Assembly (NCBI GenBank): GCA_963733295.1
Contig: CAVTCS010000003.1
Location: 2,112,001-2,176,000 of the forward strand
DNA from: Vulcanimicrobiota bacterium
GTDB lineage: Bacteria > Vulcanimicrobiota > Vulcanimicrobiia > Vulcanimicrobiales > Vulcanimicrobiaceae
Direction of reading: 5' to 3'
DNA length: 64,000 nt
In this document: positions 1 through 10,275 of the stretch, one piece after another
Layout of the letters: every line of letters starts with the position of its first letter
How positions within the stretch are numbered: position 1 is the first letter of the stretch
Made by a program: the position numbers and the translations under genes
Notes under the pieces: generated by a model
Database searches by the model: none
Seen by the model: the letters and a program-made list of their open reading frames with translations, nothing else
What the model was told of the DNA's origin: nothing

Positions 1-136
1 CACGGATCCGGACTTCTCCGCGCCGCCGGTGCGGCCTCCGCTACCCGAAGACGTCCGGGCGACTCGGCCTCGGGAGAAGAGCTGCGGTGACGAGCGCGGA
101 AGTGAGGTTACGCCCGAGTCTGCCGCGGAGGCGATC

Positions 137-1330
137 TTGTTCGACCGTCGTCAGTTTCTCTTTCGATTCGGTGCCGCTGGGCTGATGCCCGCGGCGCTTG
201 CAGCCGCGCCGGTCGAGCGCACCGGACAACGCCGGGACTTTCTGGCGGGCGCCCTCGTGCTGAGCGGCGGCGGCGCCCGCGGCGCTTACGAAGCCGGTCT
301 CATCTGCGAGCTCGCACGGATTCGGGGCGCGCGCGACGGCATGGCCCTGCCGCCCTACGAATTCGTTTGCGGCACGTCGATCGGAGCGCTGAACGCCTGG
401 TTCGTGGCAACCGGCCAGTACTCGAAACTCTTCGACGTTTGGCATACGATCTCGCAGCAGAATATCGTCCGGTTGAAGCCGCGCTTTGAAAAGGTCAGCG
501 ATTCGTCCGCCGGCATAGCAAACCGGCTCATGGCCGCAATCCGTTTGACCACGCTGTCGAAAAACGAGCAGGGCGTTGCGGAAGACAATCCGGTTTACGA
601 TTGGATCGAGCGTCAAGTCGACCCGCACGTGCCGCTTCTGATGCCGATGGTGTGGGCTGCAACCGATCTCAACGCGCAACGGCCGGAATACTTCTATCGG
701 CTCGCGCGGAACGAACGCGTGCCGCCCGAGTTCATCTTCCAGTCGTTACGCTATACCGTCGGACCGAAGGTCGTCATCCGCGAGGCGAACGACGACATAC
801 TGGTAAGGTCGCTGCAAGCGTCCGCGGCGATTCCGCTCGTCTTCGACCCAGTCTCGATCGTCGGAGCTGACGGGAAAAAGCGCCAGTACGTCGACGGCGG
901 AGTTGCCGCGAACTCGCCGGTTTCGATCGCTCGGACCGTCGCGAAAGGCGTCGACGTCATTCTCCTCGACCCGCCGTTGGAAGAAGAGTTTCTGCCGAAC
1001 GCCATCGACGTGGGATTGGCTTCGTTCTCAACGATGCAACGCAAGATCCTCGAAACCGAACTCAGTTCGACCTACTTCCAATCGACCGCCAAGCGCGAGT
1101 TCCAAAAACTCCCGCCCGACGTCATCGCGCAACTCGCCAAACAGTCGACGCTCTTGAATCTTTTTCTCAACTACCTGCCGGCATCGGATCTCGCCTATAT
1201 CCGGCCGGCCAAAGAGCTGCCCGTTAAGGTCGGCGGTTTCGACGACCAGGCAGGCATCAACGAAACCTTCCAGCGAGGTGTCGCGGACGCCGGCAAAGGC
1301 TTTACGCCGTACACCGTGGAGACGTTCTAA
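137..1330 (+). CDS. Patatin-like phospholipase with twin-arginine (Tat) signal
   Basis: GGGARG, GTSIG and DGG patatin motifs; TTG at 137 follows GGAGG and gives MFDRRQFLF; the ORF track starts at 29. Confidence 0.85.
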   Translation: MFDRRQFLFRFGAAGLMPAALAAAPVERTGQRRDFLAGALVLSGGGARGAYEAGLICELARIRGARDGMALPPYEFVCGTSIGALNAWFVATGQYSKLFDVWHTISQQNIVRLKPRFEKVSDSSAGIANRLMAAIRLTTLSKNEQGVAEDNPVYDWIERQVDPHVPLLMPMVWAATDLNAQRPEYFYRLARNERVPPEFIFQSLRYTVGPKVVIREANDDILVRSLQASAAIPLVFDPVSIVGADGKKRQYVDGGVAANSPVSIARTVAKGVDVILLDPPLEEEFLPNAIDVGLASFSTMQRKILETELSSTYFQSTAKREFQKLPPDVIAQLAKQSTLLNLFLNYLPASDLAYIRPAKELPVKVGGFDDQAGINETFQRGVADAGKGFTPYTVETF

Positions 1331-1337
1331 GCGCTTT

Positions 1338-1353
1338 CGCTGCTTTAGCAGCG
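1338..1353. terminator. Short hairpin between convergent genes, possible bidirectional terminator
   Basis: CGCTGC-TTTA-GCAGCG. Confidence 0.35.
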
Positions 1354-1355
1354 GC

Positions 1356-3491
1356 TTAGCTTGAAATTGCCGCGATCGCGCGCGCTATCGCGGCGCGCAG
1401 GCGGTCCAGCGCGGCGGTAACCTTCGCGGCGCGATCCTGAGTTTCGAAAGCCGCGTAGTTCACTTCCGGAAAGGCTGAGATGTAGCGGTCGATCGTGTGC
1501 CAGTAACGATTGTACGAGAGGCCGTCCGACATCCAAAACGCATCCCGCGCGAGCATCGCTTTGCTTTCGAGCGCATCGAGGGTCGCCGTATCGCCGGCTC
1601 GCTCGGCGGCCTGAAGCTTGGCGTCGAACGCTGCGGCGGCGCTCCGGTAAGCGAGGAGGTCTTTGCGCAGCGGCCCGAAGTCGACGTCTGCGAATTGCGG
1701 CATTCGCACGGCCGCATCGAGATCGACGAGCAGCGCTGCCGGCACGTCGCTCAAGCGCAACGGCATGCGCTCGGCTCCCGCCGCGCGCATCGCCTGGACG
1801 CCGGTGAACTGTGCCGTGATCACGGCTTGCTTCAAGCCGGGATCGTAGGTCTGCAACCCTGCGATGTTGTCTTCGGCCGAGTGGTGCGCACCGAAATGCC
1901 CGTAATAGCCTGTCGACGAGCTGGGAATTCCGAGCCAGTAGATGTAGGTCGCATGATCGGAACCGCCGCCCGGCGTGCGCATCAGCGGCGACTTCGGCGT
2001 ATTGCCTGCAAGAAGCGGCTTCCCATCGAGGCCTTTCACATAGGCGGCGAGTTCACGGCCGAACGCCCAGAGTTCGGGACTCATTGCTTCGACGAAGGGT
2101 GGGCCGGTGGTCAGCTGGTCCGTGTTGATATATTGCACGACGTGCTTGCGCAGTTCCGGCCCTTCCGCATAGGCGCGCGAAATCGAGCCGTAAAGACCCA
2201 ACTCGTGCCCGTCCCATGAGGCGATCTCGATCGTTCGGTCGGGTTTCCAGCCCGCCTCGAGGAGTTGCTTGAATCCGTCGGCATCTTGCAGCATCACCGT
2301 CGTCCCGCTGCCCGGGTCGATCGCCCCGAAGACCATGGCATCGCGGTGGCTGCCGATCGTCACGATCTCGTCCGGCTTCGTCGCGCCGCGTAGCCTGCCG
2401 ATGACGTTCCAGATTCTTACGACCTTGCGTTCCATCTTGACGACGAGATGAACGCGAGCGTTGCCGCCGGCGTGCTCGACCATCTCGAAACCGTCGTGCC
2501 ATTCTCGCGGAATGACCGTTCCATTGAGATTGCGCATCAACGTGCGGGCTACCGACTGGGTAACCATGAGTTCGGGGATGTCGGCGTGCGGGGTTTCCGC
2601 GTACGCGAGATGCGGCTTTCCGGGAACCGGCGCTTGGCCGGGCAAGGTTTGGTCGCCGGGCGGTTGCAGCGCGGCGATGCCGGGCCGAAAACCGCCGATT
2701 CGCTCGGCCATCGTATTGTTCTTGAAATTGCCGGCGGGCCACACGTCGCCGGCGTAGACGCCGTCATCGAAGGGATCGTAGTACACGATCACCCCGGCAA
2801 CGTGGTGGCTTTTCAGTTCGTCCCACTTGCGTTGGCTCGCACGCGGATCACGCGAGAACGCACCTAGCCGTTCGACGACGATCGCGCCAGGCGGCACGTT
2901 GACACCGAGGTCGGCGAGTGCCTTCCAATCTTCGGGGTTCCCATGGTTGATGTAGAAAAGCGGGCCCGCGACGTCTCCGTCACCTGAGAACTCCATAAAA
3001 GGCGGACCGGCCGATCGTTCCGCGTCCGTGTGGTGCGCCGGATCGCCTTCGAGCAGATCGAACGGAATCGTTTGCGGTGCGGTCAGTTCGAGCGACTCGG
3101 TCGTCGGACTGGTGAAGAAAACCTCGTACGGCACGAGTTTCGCGTCGAATCCGTCGGCGATGAGCCGATCGCGTACGAAGAGTGCGGTCGCGTAGTCGGC
3201 CGGCGTCCCGGCACGATGCGGCACCGACGACAGCTTCGCTTCGATCGCCGCTGCGCCGGCGCTCGAGGGCATCGTCATGAAGCGGTCTTCCCACGCGCGT
3301 TCTTGCACGACGCGGGGCCCCGACGGCCAGCCGATGAGCGAATCGACATTCGCGCGCGCGTCGGGACTCGGCGCCGGCGAAGCCGGCGCGGCGCCGGCGT
3401 TCACCTGCTGATCGGCGTCAGACAGGCGCGCGAGTACGGGTGAGATCAACAGCAGGCCGAGTATCGAAACGACGATCAAGTGATGACGCAT
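1356..3491 (-). CDS. Secreted M28 peptidase (glutamate carboxypeptidase II/transferrin-receptor-like, PA domain)
   Basis: Signal peptide; GSHRD, GAIDP, SWDGHE, YINTD and GGSDH motifs; helical C-terminal dimerisation region. Confidence 0.85.
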   Translation of the reverse strand: MRHHLIVVSILGLLLISPVLARLSDADQQVNAGAAPASPAPSPDARANVDSLIGWPSGPRVVQERAWEDRFMTMPSSAGAAAIEAKLSSVPHRAGTPADYATALFVRDRLIADGFDAKLVPYEVFFTSPTTESLELTAPQTIPFDLLEGDPAHHTDAERSAGPPFMEFSGDGDVAGPLFYINHGNPEDWKALADLGVNVPPGAIVVERLGAFSRDPRASQRKWDELKSHHVAGVIVYYDPFDDGVYAGDVWPAGNFKNNTMAERIGGFRPGIAALQPPGDQTLPGQAPVPGKPHLAYAETPHADIPELMVTQSVARTLMRNLNGTVIPREWHDGFEMVEHAGGNARVHLVVKMERKVVRIWNVIGRLRGATKPDEIVTIGSHRDAMVFGAIDPGSGTTVMLQDADGFKQLLEAGWKPDRTIEIASWDGHELGLYGSISRAYAEGPELRKHVVQYINTDQLTTGPPFVEAMSPELWAFGRELAAYVKGLDGKPLLAGNTPKSPLMRTPGGGSDHATYIYWLGIPSSSTGYYGHFGAHHSAEDNIAGLQTYDPGLKQAVITAQFTGVQAMRAAGAERMPLRLSDVPAALLVDLDAAVRMPQFADVDFGPLRKDLLAYRSAAAAFDAKLQAAERAGDTATLDALESKAMLARDAFWMSDGLSYNRYWHTIDRYISAFPEVNYAAFETQDRAAKVTAALDRLRAAIARAIAAISS

Positions 3492-3499
3492 GTTGTCCT

Positions 3500-4177
3500 T
3501 TAATGATGGCCGACCAGCGTGGCAACGAGCGGGCCGCGCGCGAACTGATCGACGACGAAGGTCGCCGGATCGTACCAGAGCGTGGTATTGCTGCCGAAGG
3601 AAGCGACAACGTCGGTCGTGGGAACTCCATATGGATACGGGCCGGCCTGCGACGTCGAGAACGTGACGAATCCTGCGATCCCGCTGGCGATGGGAATCAG
3701 CTGAAAACTACGTGCCCCGCGCGCGTTGACCTGGGCTGGCAGCATGAGGAACGTTCCCATCGTACCGTCGTCGACCGCGATTGCCGGAACCGAAGCGAGT
3801 TGCGAAACGTTGACGGTGTTCGTAACCGACTGGTTTTTCGTCGTTCCGACGATCGTGCCGTTCACCAGTTTCAGATCGACGGAGGTGTCGAGGCCGTTCG
3901 CGCTCGCGTATCCCTTATACGATTCGAACTCCAGCCGTTTGCTTCCGAAAACGATCGTTGCGCCGGAGAGCTGAATCCCGGGCAGATTCGTATCGGTCCG
4001 CATCGAGACGCGGTCGCCTTGCGTTTGGACGACGACGGTCGACTGGCCCGCGACCGCACCGCCTTGGCTCCAGTTGTACACGTAGGTGCCATCCGGCGGA
4101 CGCTGCGCGGACTGTTGCGCAGCTCCGCTCGCGATGCAGGCCAAAAGGAAGACAGCCGTGGCAAGAAGTGCACGCAC
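3500..4177 (-). CDS. Secreted hypothetical beta-rich protein
   Basis: Signal peptide, 225-aa ORF collinear with the M28 gene. Confidence 0.7.
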   Translation of the reverse strand: MRALLATAVFLLACIASGAAQQSAQRPPDGTYVYNWSQGGAVAGQSTVVVQTQGDRVSMRTDTNLPGIQLSGATIVFGSKRLEFESYKGYASANGLDTSVDLKLVNGTIVGTTKNQSVTNTVNVSQLASVPAIAVDDGTMGTFLMLPAQVNARGARSFQLIPIASGIAGFVTFSTSQAGPYPYGVPTTDVVASFGSNTTLWYDPATFVVDQFARGPLVATLVGHH

Positions 4178-4260
4178 GCTGACGGCTGCGACGTTTCCGC
4201 AGGCAGTTCCTCGCGTCGAGAGGCCTCGTCCGCGGAGAGCGCCAACCCAGCCTTCTCCAC

Positions 4261-5265
4261 ATGAGCTTCGTTCAAACCGCTCGCGGCGTCTCGGAAAAGC
4301 GGGCGCCGATCTGGCTCATGCGCCAAGCGGGGCGCTACCTGCCCGAGTACCTCGAGGTCAAAGCCAAGTCGTCGTTCCTCGAGATGACGCGCACGCCGGA
4401 GATCGCAGCCGAAATCACCCTCCAACCGCTGCACCGCTTTCCGCTCGACGCCGCGATCATCTTCAGCGATATCATGACGCCGCTCGAAGCGCTCGGCATC
4501 GAGATCGAATTCTCGCCCGGTCCATCCATTGCGGAACCGCTCCGTTCGCGCGGGCAAGTCGAGGCGCTCGCGCTGCGCGCTGAAATCGCGCCGTTCGTCG
4601 GCGATGCGCTGCGCATCGTCAAGGCCGCCCTGCCCCCGCAGATCGGCCTCATCGGCTTCGGCGGTACGCCGCTGACCCTAGCCGCCTATTTGATCGAAGG
4701 CGGCGGCAGCAAAGAATACGCGCGCTTTCGGGAAATCTTGCGCAGCGATCCCGGCCTGGTTCACCTGCTTCTCGAGAAGCTCACCGATCTCACGATTCGC
4801 TACTTGCGCATGCAGATCGCGGCCGGCGCCGATGCAGTCCAACTCTTCGATAGCTGGGCCGGTCTGCACGACGAACCGACGTATCGCGAATTCGGTCTTC
4901 CCTATCACAAGCGTATCATGGACGGCCTGGCCGGTTCCGGTGCCGCTCGAATGTTCTTCGCGCTCGGTGCCTCGCACCTGATGCGCGCCATTGCGGAGAT
5001 TCCGTGCGAAGTGGTCGGCGTCGACTGGCGTACCGATTTGAGCCTCGCGCGCGAGCAACTGCCCGGGCGCGCGCTGCAGGGCAACCTCGATCCGGCGATG
5101 CTGTTTGCAGGCAGCGAGATCCTCACCGCCGAGACGACGCGGATTCTCGAGGCGGGACTGGGCGGGGCCCACATCTTTAACCTCGGACACGGAATCTGGC
5201 CGAATACACCGCTCGATGCAGTAGCGCATTTGATCGAAACCGTCCATACTTACGAGCGACGATGA
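4261..5265 (+). CDS. hemE: Uroporphyrinogen decarboxylase
   Basis: PIWLMRQAGRYLPEY, AAIIFSDI, LQGNLDP and FNLGHG motifs. Confidence 0.96.
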   Translation: MSFVQTARGVSEKRAPIWLMRQAGRYLPEYLEVKAKSSFLEMTRTPEIAAEITLQPLHRFPLDAAIIFSDIMTPLEALGIEIEFSPGPSIAEPLRSRGQVEALALRAEIAPFVGDALRIVKAALPPQIGLIGFGGTPLTLAAYLIEGGGSKEYARFREILRSDPGLVHLLLEKLTDLTIRYLRMQIAAGADAVQLFDSWAGLHDEPTYREFGLPYHKRIMDGLAGSGAARMFFALGASHLMRAIAEIPCEVVGVDWRTDLSLAREQLPGRALQGNLDPAMLFAGSEILTAETTRILEAGLGGAHIFNLGHGIWPNTPLDAVAHLIETVHTYERR

Positions 5266-6284
5266 TCGACGAATTGTCCGAAGTGCGGCGCTCGGCGGCG
5301 CTGCTCGTTTCGCAGCTTCAGGAAAGCATTTGCGAGAGCGTGCTTTCCGTCGAGCGGAGAATCGCAGGACAATCCTCCAGCCGGCCTGCCGAGTTCCTTA
5401 TCGACGCTTGGGAGAGCGACGGCACGCACGGCGTTCTCGGCACTGGCTCTACGCGCGTTATCACCGACGGGGCGGTTTTTGAAAAGGGCGGGGTAAATAC
5501 ATCGGTCGTGACCGGCAAAAACCTTCCCCCGAGCGTCGTCGCGCAGCGGCCGGAGTTGAAGTCTCACGGCTTTTTCGCGACGGGCGTCAGCGTCGTGCTG
5601 CATCCGCGTAACCCGTACGCGCCGACGGCGCACTGCAATTACCGCTACTTCGAAGCGGAGGCGCCGGACGGATCGCGCAGCGCGTGGTGGTTCGGCGGAG
5701 GCGCCGACCTGACGCCGTACTATCCGTATCTCGACGACGTACGGCACTTTCACGGCACGCTGCGCGCCGCATGTGACCGCCACGACGCGCAGTTTTACCC
5801 GGCGTTCAAGGCCTGGTGCGACCGCTATTTCTTTCTCAAGCACCGCAACGAGACGCGCGGCGTGGGCGGAATCTTTTACGACTATCTCGATGCCGGCGGA
5901 TTCGGCGAATCGGACGATCGAACGCTCTTCGGCGTGAAAAAGACGTTCGAGGAGGTACGCGGTTTCATGGCTGACGCCGGCGGCGCGTTCGTCGATGCAT
6001 ACGTACCGCTCGTCGAACGGCACGCGCAGGAACCTTTCGGAGAGCGCGAACGCTCGTTTCAGTTGATGCGCCGCGGGCGCTACGTCGAATTCAACCTGAT
6101 CTACGACCGGGGCACGCACTTCGGTCTGCAGAGCGGCGGACGAACCGAATCCATCCTGATGTCGTTGCCCCCGCTCGTGCGCTGGCCATACGACGAGCAG
6201 CCCGAGCCCGGCAGCGCGGAGTCCCGGTTGACCGACTACCTGCGGCCGCGCGACTGGCTCGCCGAAAACCCGCCGTCACGATGA
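5262..6284 (+). CDS. hemF: Oxygen-dependent coproporphyrinogen III oxidase
   Basis: FEKGGVN, HPRNPYAPTAH, WWFGGGADLTP and RRGRYVEFNL motifs; ATGA overlap with hemE. Confidence 0.96.
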   Translation: MIDELSEVRRSAALLVSQLQESICESVLSVERRIAGQSSSRPAEFLIDAWESDGTHGVLGTGSTRVITDGAVFEKGGVNTSVVTGKNLPPSVVAQRPELKSHGFFATGVSVVLHPRNPYAPTAHCNYRYFEAEAPDGSRSAWWFGGGADLTPYYPYLDDVRHFHGTLRAACDRHDAQFYPAFKAWCDRYFFLKHRNETRGVGGIFYDYLDAGGFGESDDRTLFGVKKTFEEVRGFMADAGGAFVDAYVPLVERHAQEPFGERERSFQLMRRGRYVEFNLIYDRGTHFGLQSGGRTESILMSLPPLVRWPYDEQPEPGSAESRLTDYLRPRDWLAENPPSR

Positions 6285-7300
6285 CGCGCCAAGCCATTCT
6301 GCTCGCCAATCTCGGCTCGCCGGCCTCAACCTCAGTTCCGGACGTGCGCCGCTATCTCGATCAGTTCCTGATGGATCCTGACGTCTTGGACATGCCGACG
6401 TTCGCGCGCGCGCTGCTCGTGCGCGGCTTGATCCTCAACACACGTCCGGCGAAGTCGGCCGAAGCGTACTCCAAGATCTGGACCGCCGAGGGCTCTCCGC
6501 TCATCGTCATCTCGCGCCGGACGCGCGCCGCGCTCGAGGCGAGCATGCAAGTGCCGGTCGGCCTCGCGATGCGCTACGGCGAACCGTCGATCGCACGCGG
6601 TCTCGAAGAGATCCTCCAGCGTGCGGGCGCGATCGACGAGCTGCTCGTCGTGCCGCTCTATCCGCAATATGCGATGGCCTCTACGAAAACGGTCGAGGTC
6701 GCCGTCGCGGCTGCGCTGACCGGGAAAGACGTCCCGTACCGTTTTGCCCCGCCGTTCTACAACGATCCGGGGTACTTGGATGCGCTGGCCGCGCGGACGC
6801 GCGCGGACCTTCCGGCCGACACCGAGTTTTTGCTCTTCAGCTATCACGGTATTCCGCAGCGTCACGTACGCAAGATGGACCCGACCGGCTCGCATTGTCT
6901 CCACTCCTTGGACTGCTGCACGACCCCGTCATTGGCGTGGGCAACCTGCTACCGTCATCAAGCCATCGCGACGACGGAAGGCGTGGCCCAGCGTCTGGGT
7001 CTCGGCAAGAACGCTTACGGACTCGCCTACCAATCGCGACTCGGCAGCGGCTGGCTGGAGCCGTTCACCGACAAAGAACTCGCCGCGCTTCCCGCTCGAG
7101 GCGTCAAGCGGCTCGCCGTCGTCTGCCCATCGTTCGTGGCCGATTGTCTCGAAACGCTCGAAGAAATCGACATGCGCGGACGAGAAACGTTCCTCGACGC
7201 CGGCGGAGAACAATTCGCCTACGTGCCGTGCCTCAACGACGATCCAGCCTGGATCGCCGCACTCGCAGGCTTTTGCCGGCTGCCGCCCGTACCTGCATGA
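6281..7300 (+). CDS. hemH: Ferrochelatase with CX5CCX9C insert
   Basis: LLANLGSP, PLYPQY, FSYHGIP, YQSRLG and FVADCLETLEEI motifs. Confidence 0.95.
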   Translation: MTRQAILLANLGSPASTSVPDVRRYLDQFLMDPDVLDMPTFARALLVRGLILNTRPAKSAEAYSKIWTAEGSPLIVISRRTRAALEASMQVPVGLAMRYGEPSIARGLEEILQRAGAIDELLVVPLYPQYAMASTKTVEVAVAAALTGKDVPYRFAPPFYNDPGYLDALAARTRADLPADTEFLLFSYHGIPQRHVRKMDPTGSHCLHSLDCCTTPSLAWATCYRHQAIATTEGVAQRLGLGKNAYGLAYQSRLGSGWLEPFTDKELAALPARGVKRLAVVCPSFVADCLETLEEIDMRGRETFLDAGGEQFAYVPCLNDDPAWIAALAGFCRLPPVPA

Positions 7301-8643
7301 GCTCGATCGCGGTCGTAGGCGGCGGGATCGCCGGCCTAACCGCGGCTTACCGGTTGAGCGGCCTCCACGACGTCGCCGTGTACGAACGCGAGACGATCCC
7401 CGGCGGAAAGATCCGTTCGCAAAAGATCGACGGCTTTCTCTTCGAGTGGGGACCGGGCACGATTCTCTCGAGCGCCGATGAGTTGCAAGCGTTGATCGGC
7501 GAGATCGGCCTGAGCGACGCGCAGACACCGGCGCAAGCGGGCGCGAAGAAGCGCTTCATCTATTGGCACGGCGCGCTCCATCAGTTGCCAGCCAAACCAC
7601 CCCAAGTGCTGTCGATGACGATTCTGTCGCCGCTCGGGAAACTGCGCGCGCTCGCAGAGGTGTTCGTCGGCAAGGGTCCCGACGTCGATGACGAGAGCGT
7701 GTACGCATTCATGCAGCGGCGCTTCGGCAGAGAGGTCGCCGAGCGGCTCGTCGCGCCCGCGCTGCTCGGCATCAGCGGTGGTGACGCCGCGGATACGAGC
7801 TTGGCCGCGATCTTTCCGCGACTGCGAGCTGCCGAGACCGAGCACGGCTCCGTCATTCGCTACATGATGAAAGGTCCGCGGAAGACTTCGAATATGTGCA
7901 GCTTCGCCGGCGGCATGCAAACGCTCACGGATCGGCTCGCCGAGCGTTTAGGAGACCGGCTGCACGCAGGCGTTTCCGTGCAGGGTTTGAGACCGAGCGG
8001 ATCGGGTTGGCGAATCGTGCACGACGCCGGCGAGAGCATCGCGGATGCGGTGATCGTTGCGACGCCGGCCTACGCCGCGGCCGACTTAGTCGAGGGCTTT
8101 GACTCCGAGCTTGCCGGCCGGCTGCGCGAGATTCCGTACGCGCCGATGCGCGCGGCCGGAGTTGCGTTTCGCGCCGAAGACGTCCCCGTGCCACTCGACG
8201 GTTTCGGATTCTTGGCGGCGCGCAATCAAGGCGTGCGCATCTTGGGAGCATTCTATACGTCCTCGATCCTTCCGCAGCACGCTCCACCCGGAACCGCCTA
8301 TCTGCGCATCTTTCTGGGCGGCAGCACCGACCCCGAGATCGCGACGCTCGAGACCGATGCCGTCAGGTCGATCGTGCTCGCGGACCTCGCGACGGTTCTT
8401 GGAATTCGCGCGGAGCCCATCGCATATCACGAAGTGATCTGGCCGCAAGCCATACCGCAGTACAAACTTCCGCACCGTTCCCTCATCGCGGCAATCGAAA
8501 GGTTCGAGAGAAGTCATTCGGGATTCGCTTTAGCCGGCAACGCCTATCGCGGTCTTGGCGTCGGCGATGACGTGCGCGATGCGCTCGCCGTCGCGGCGCG
8601 AATCGGGCATTACGCCCAGGCGCCCGTCACCCAAAGCACCTGA
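7297..8643 (+). CDS. hemG: FAD-dependent protoporphyrinogen oxidase (HemY-type)
   Basis: ATG at 7297 overlaps the hemH stop; VVGGGIAGL FAD motif, GGKIRS, GFGFL, AIPQY. Confidence 0.9.
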   Translation: MSSIAVVGGGIAGLTAAYRLSGLHDVAVYERETIPGGKIRSQKIDGFLFEWGPGTILSSADELQALIGEIGLSDAQTPAQAGAKKRFIYWHGALHQLPAKPPQVLSMTILSPLGKLRALAEVFVGKGPDVDDESVYAFMQRRFGREVAERLVAPALLGISGGDAADTSLAAIFPRLRAAETEHGSVIRYMMKGPRKTSNMCSFAGGMQTLTDRLAERLGDRLHAGVSVQGLRPSGSGWRIVHDAGESIADAVIVATPAYAAADLVEGFDSELAGRLREIPYAPMRAAGVAFRAEDVPVPLDGFGFLAARNQGVRILGAFYTSSILPQHAPPGTAYLRIFLGGSTDPEIATLETDAVRSIVLADLATVLGIRAEPIAYHEVIWPQAIPQYKLPHRSLIAAIERFERSHSGFALAGNAYRGLGVGDDVRDALAVAARIGHYAQAPVTQST

Positions 8644-8660
8644 CGAAACGGTTCTCGCGC

Positions 8661-9335
8661 TTAGGGGCTGCTCGATGGATGCGGCGCAGCCGCAGCGGCT
8701 GCGGGCGGGTTAAGATGCGCGTCCGCGCTCGCCCGAAGCTGTGTCGCCATCTCGGTAAACTTCTGCTTTTGCCCTTCACCGTGCGGATTGCGCTCATCAG
8801 TGTAGGTCGTTCGCTGCACCTGGTATAAGGCTCCAGCGTCTACTGCATTGCTGAGCTGGTCTTCGGGACCTCCCCTTGCCTTCGTCGGATCGTTCGCGAT
8901 CGCGTGGATGCCATTCGAATGATCGGGCGGCTCTCCGCCCAGCATCGTGGCGATTGAATCGGCCTTTTTGTAGAGCGCGATGGACTGGTCACCCGTTGTC
9001 TTCGTCGCAGCGAGATACAGCGCCGATGCGCCCGCGAGCACGAGGTAGCGCTGTTTGTCGACGTCCGGATTCAACTTCGGCATGCGATAGCACGCCGCGA
9101 ACTGATTGGCGGCCGCGATGGCATCGTCGGCCGAAATCGAGTCGGTCCCCTGCGCCGCCTTGTCTGCAAACGCCCTCGCATCCTTACACCGGTCGTCGAT
9201 GTTCGTGTGGTCGGGTAGCGCGAACACGACCTGGGGAGAGAACTCCGAAGTAGTAGCGGCTGCGCACGGCTGCATCGTGACGGCCAGCATGGCCAGCACC
9301 GGGCTCAGCGCTCGAAAGAATAGCTGTCGCCTCAT
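8661..9335 (-). CDS. Secreted helical hypothetical protein
   Basis: Signal peptide, Cys pair; pattern shared with 52849-53421. Confidence 0.7.
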   Translation of the reverse strand: MRRQLFFRALSPVLAMLAVTMQPCAAATTSEFSPQVVFALPDHTNIDDRCKDARAFADKAAQGTDSISADDAIAAANQFAACYRMPKLNPDVDKQRYLVLAGASALYLAATKTTGDQSIALYKKADSIATMLGGEPPDHSNGIHAIANDPTKARGGPEDQLSNAVDAGALYQVQRTTYTDERNPHGEGQKQKFTEMATQLRASADAHLNPPAAAAAAPHPSSSP

Positions 9336-9399
9336 GCCGCAGGCGTTAGGGAGGCCGGGCGATCCTCCTTCTTGCTCTGCTTGGGCAGCGCCGGGCCGG

Positions 9400-10275
9400 T
9401 CAGGGCGCGAAGGATTTCAAAAAGCTCGTCGGGCTCCGCGCGAAAGCGTCGTCTGGAACAAAAAAGTCGGGATAGTAGGGGCCGTCGCTCGGACCGGCGG
9501 CATACTTCGAGAAATCGGTGACGCCCTCGGCTCGCAAGACCTCCTCGTCGATAAAGAAGTTACCGCTGCACTCGCGCGAGGGCCGGCACAAGATGACGTA
9601 TGCCGCATCTGCCACGATCTCCGGCGTACGGCTCGCATCCGTCATCCGGCGTCCGCCGAGAACGTTGCGCACGGCAGCCGTGTCGATCGTCGTAAGCGGC
9701 CAGAGGGAATTCACTGCGATGCCGTCCAGACGAAATTCCTCGGCCATGCCGAGCGTGCACATCGACATACCGAACTTTGCGATCGTGTACGCCACGTGCG
9801 GAGCGAACCACTTGGCCCGCATGTCGAGCGGGGGCGACAGCGTGAGGATGTGCGGGTTCGACGACTCCTTCAAATACGGCAGCGTCGCTTGAGAACAGAC
9901 GAAGGTGCCGCGTGCGTTGATCGACTGCATGAGATCGTAGCGCTTCATGTCGGTCCCGGGGGTGGGCGTGAGCGAGATGGCGCTTGCGTTGTTGACGCAA
10001 ACGTCGATGCCGCCGAAGCGCTCCGCGGTTTGCGCTGCCGCCGCGCGAACCTGCTCTTCGAAACGTATATCGCAGGCGATGGCTAGCGCGGTTCCGCCGA
10101 CCGCCTCGATCTCAGCCGCCGCCGTGTAGATGGTTCCTGGAAGTTTCGGATGCGGTTTCGTCGTCTTGGCCACGATGGCGACGTTCGCACCGTCACGAGC
10201 GGCACGCAGCGCGATCGCAAGGCCGATGCCTCGGCTCGCGCCGCTTAGGAAAACCGTTTTGCCTTGCAAACTCAT
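9400..10275 (-). CDS. Short-chain dehydrogenase/reductase (HSDL2/AtuG-like)
   Basis: GASRGIG, NNASAI, YTIAK catalytic motif, PHPKLPGTI. Confidence 0.92.
   Translation of the reverse strand: MSLQGKTVFLSGASRGIGLAIALRAARDGANVAIVAKTTKPHPKLPGTIYTAAAEIEAVGGTALAIACDIRFEEQVRAAAAQTAERFGGIDVCVNNASAISLTPTPGTDMKRYDLMQSINARGTFVCSQATLPYLKESSNPHILTLSPPLDMRAKWFAPHVAYTIAKFGMSMCTLGMAEEFRLDGIAVNSLWPLTTIDTAAVRNVLGGRRMTDASRTPEIVADAAYVILCRPSRECSGNFFIDEEVLRAEGVTDFSKYAAGPSDGPYYPDFFVPDDAFARSPTSFLKSFAP

Noticed and set aside
6895..7296. N-terminal extension of the protoporphyrinogen oxidase
   Set aside because: Overlaps hemH; the real start is the ATG at 7297.
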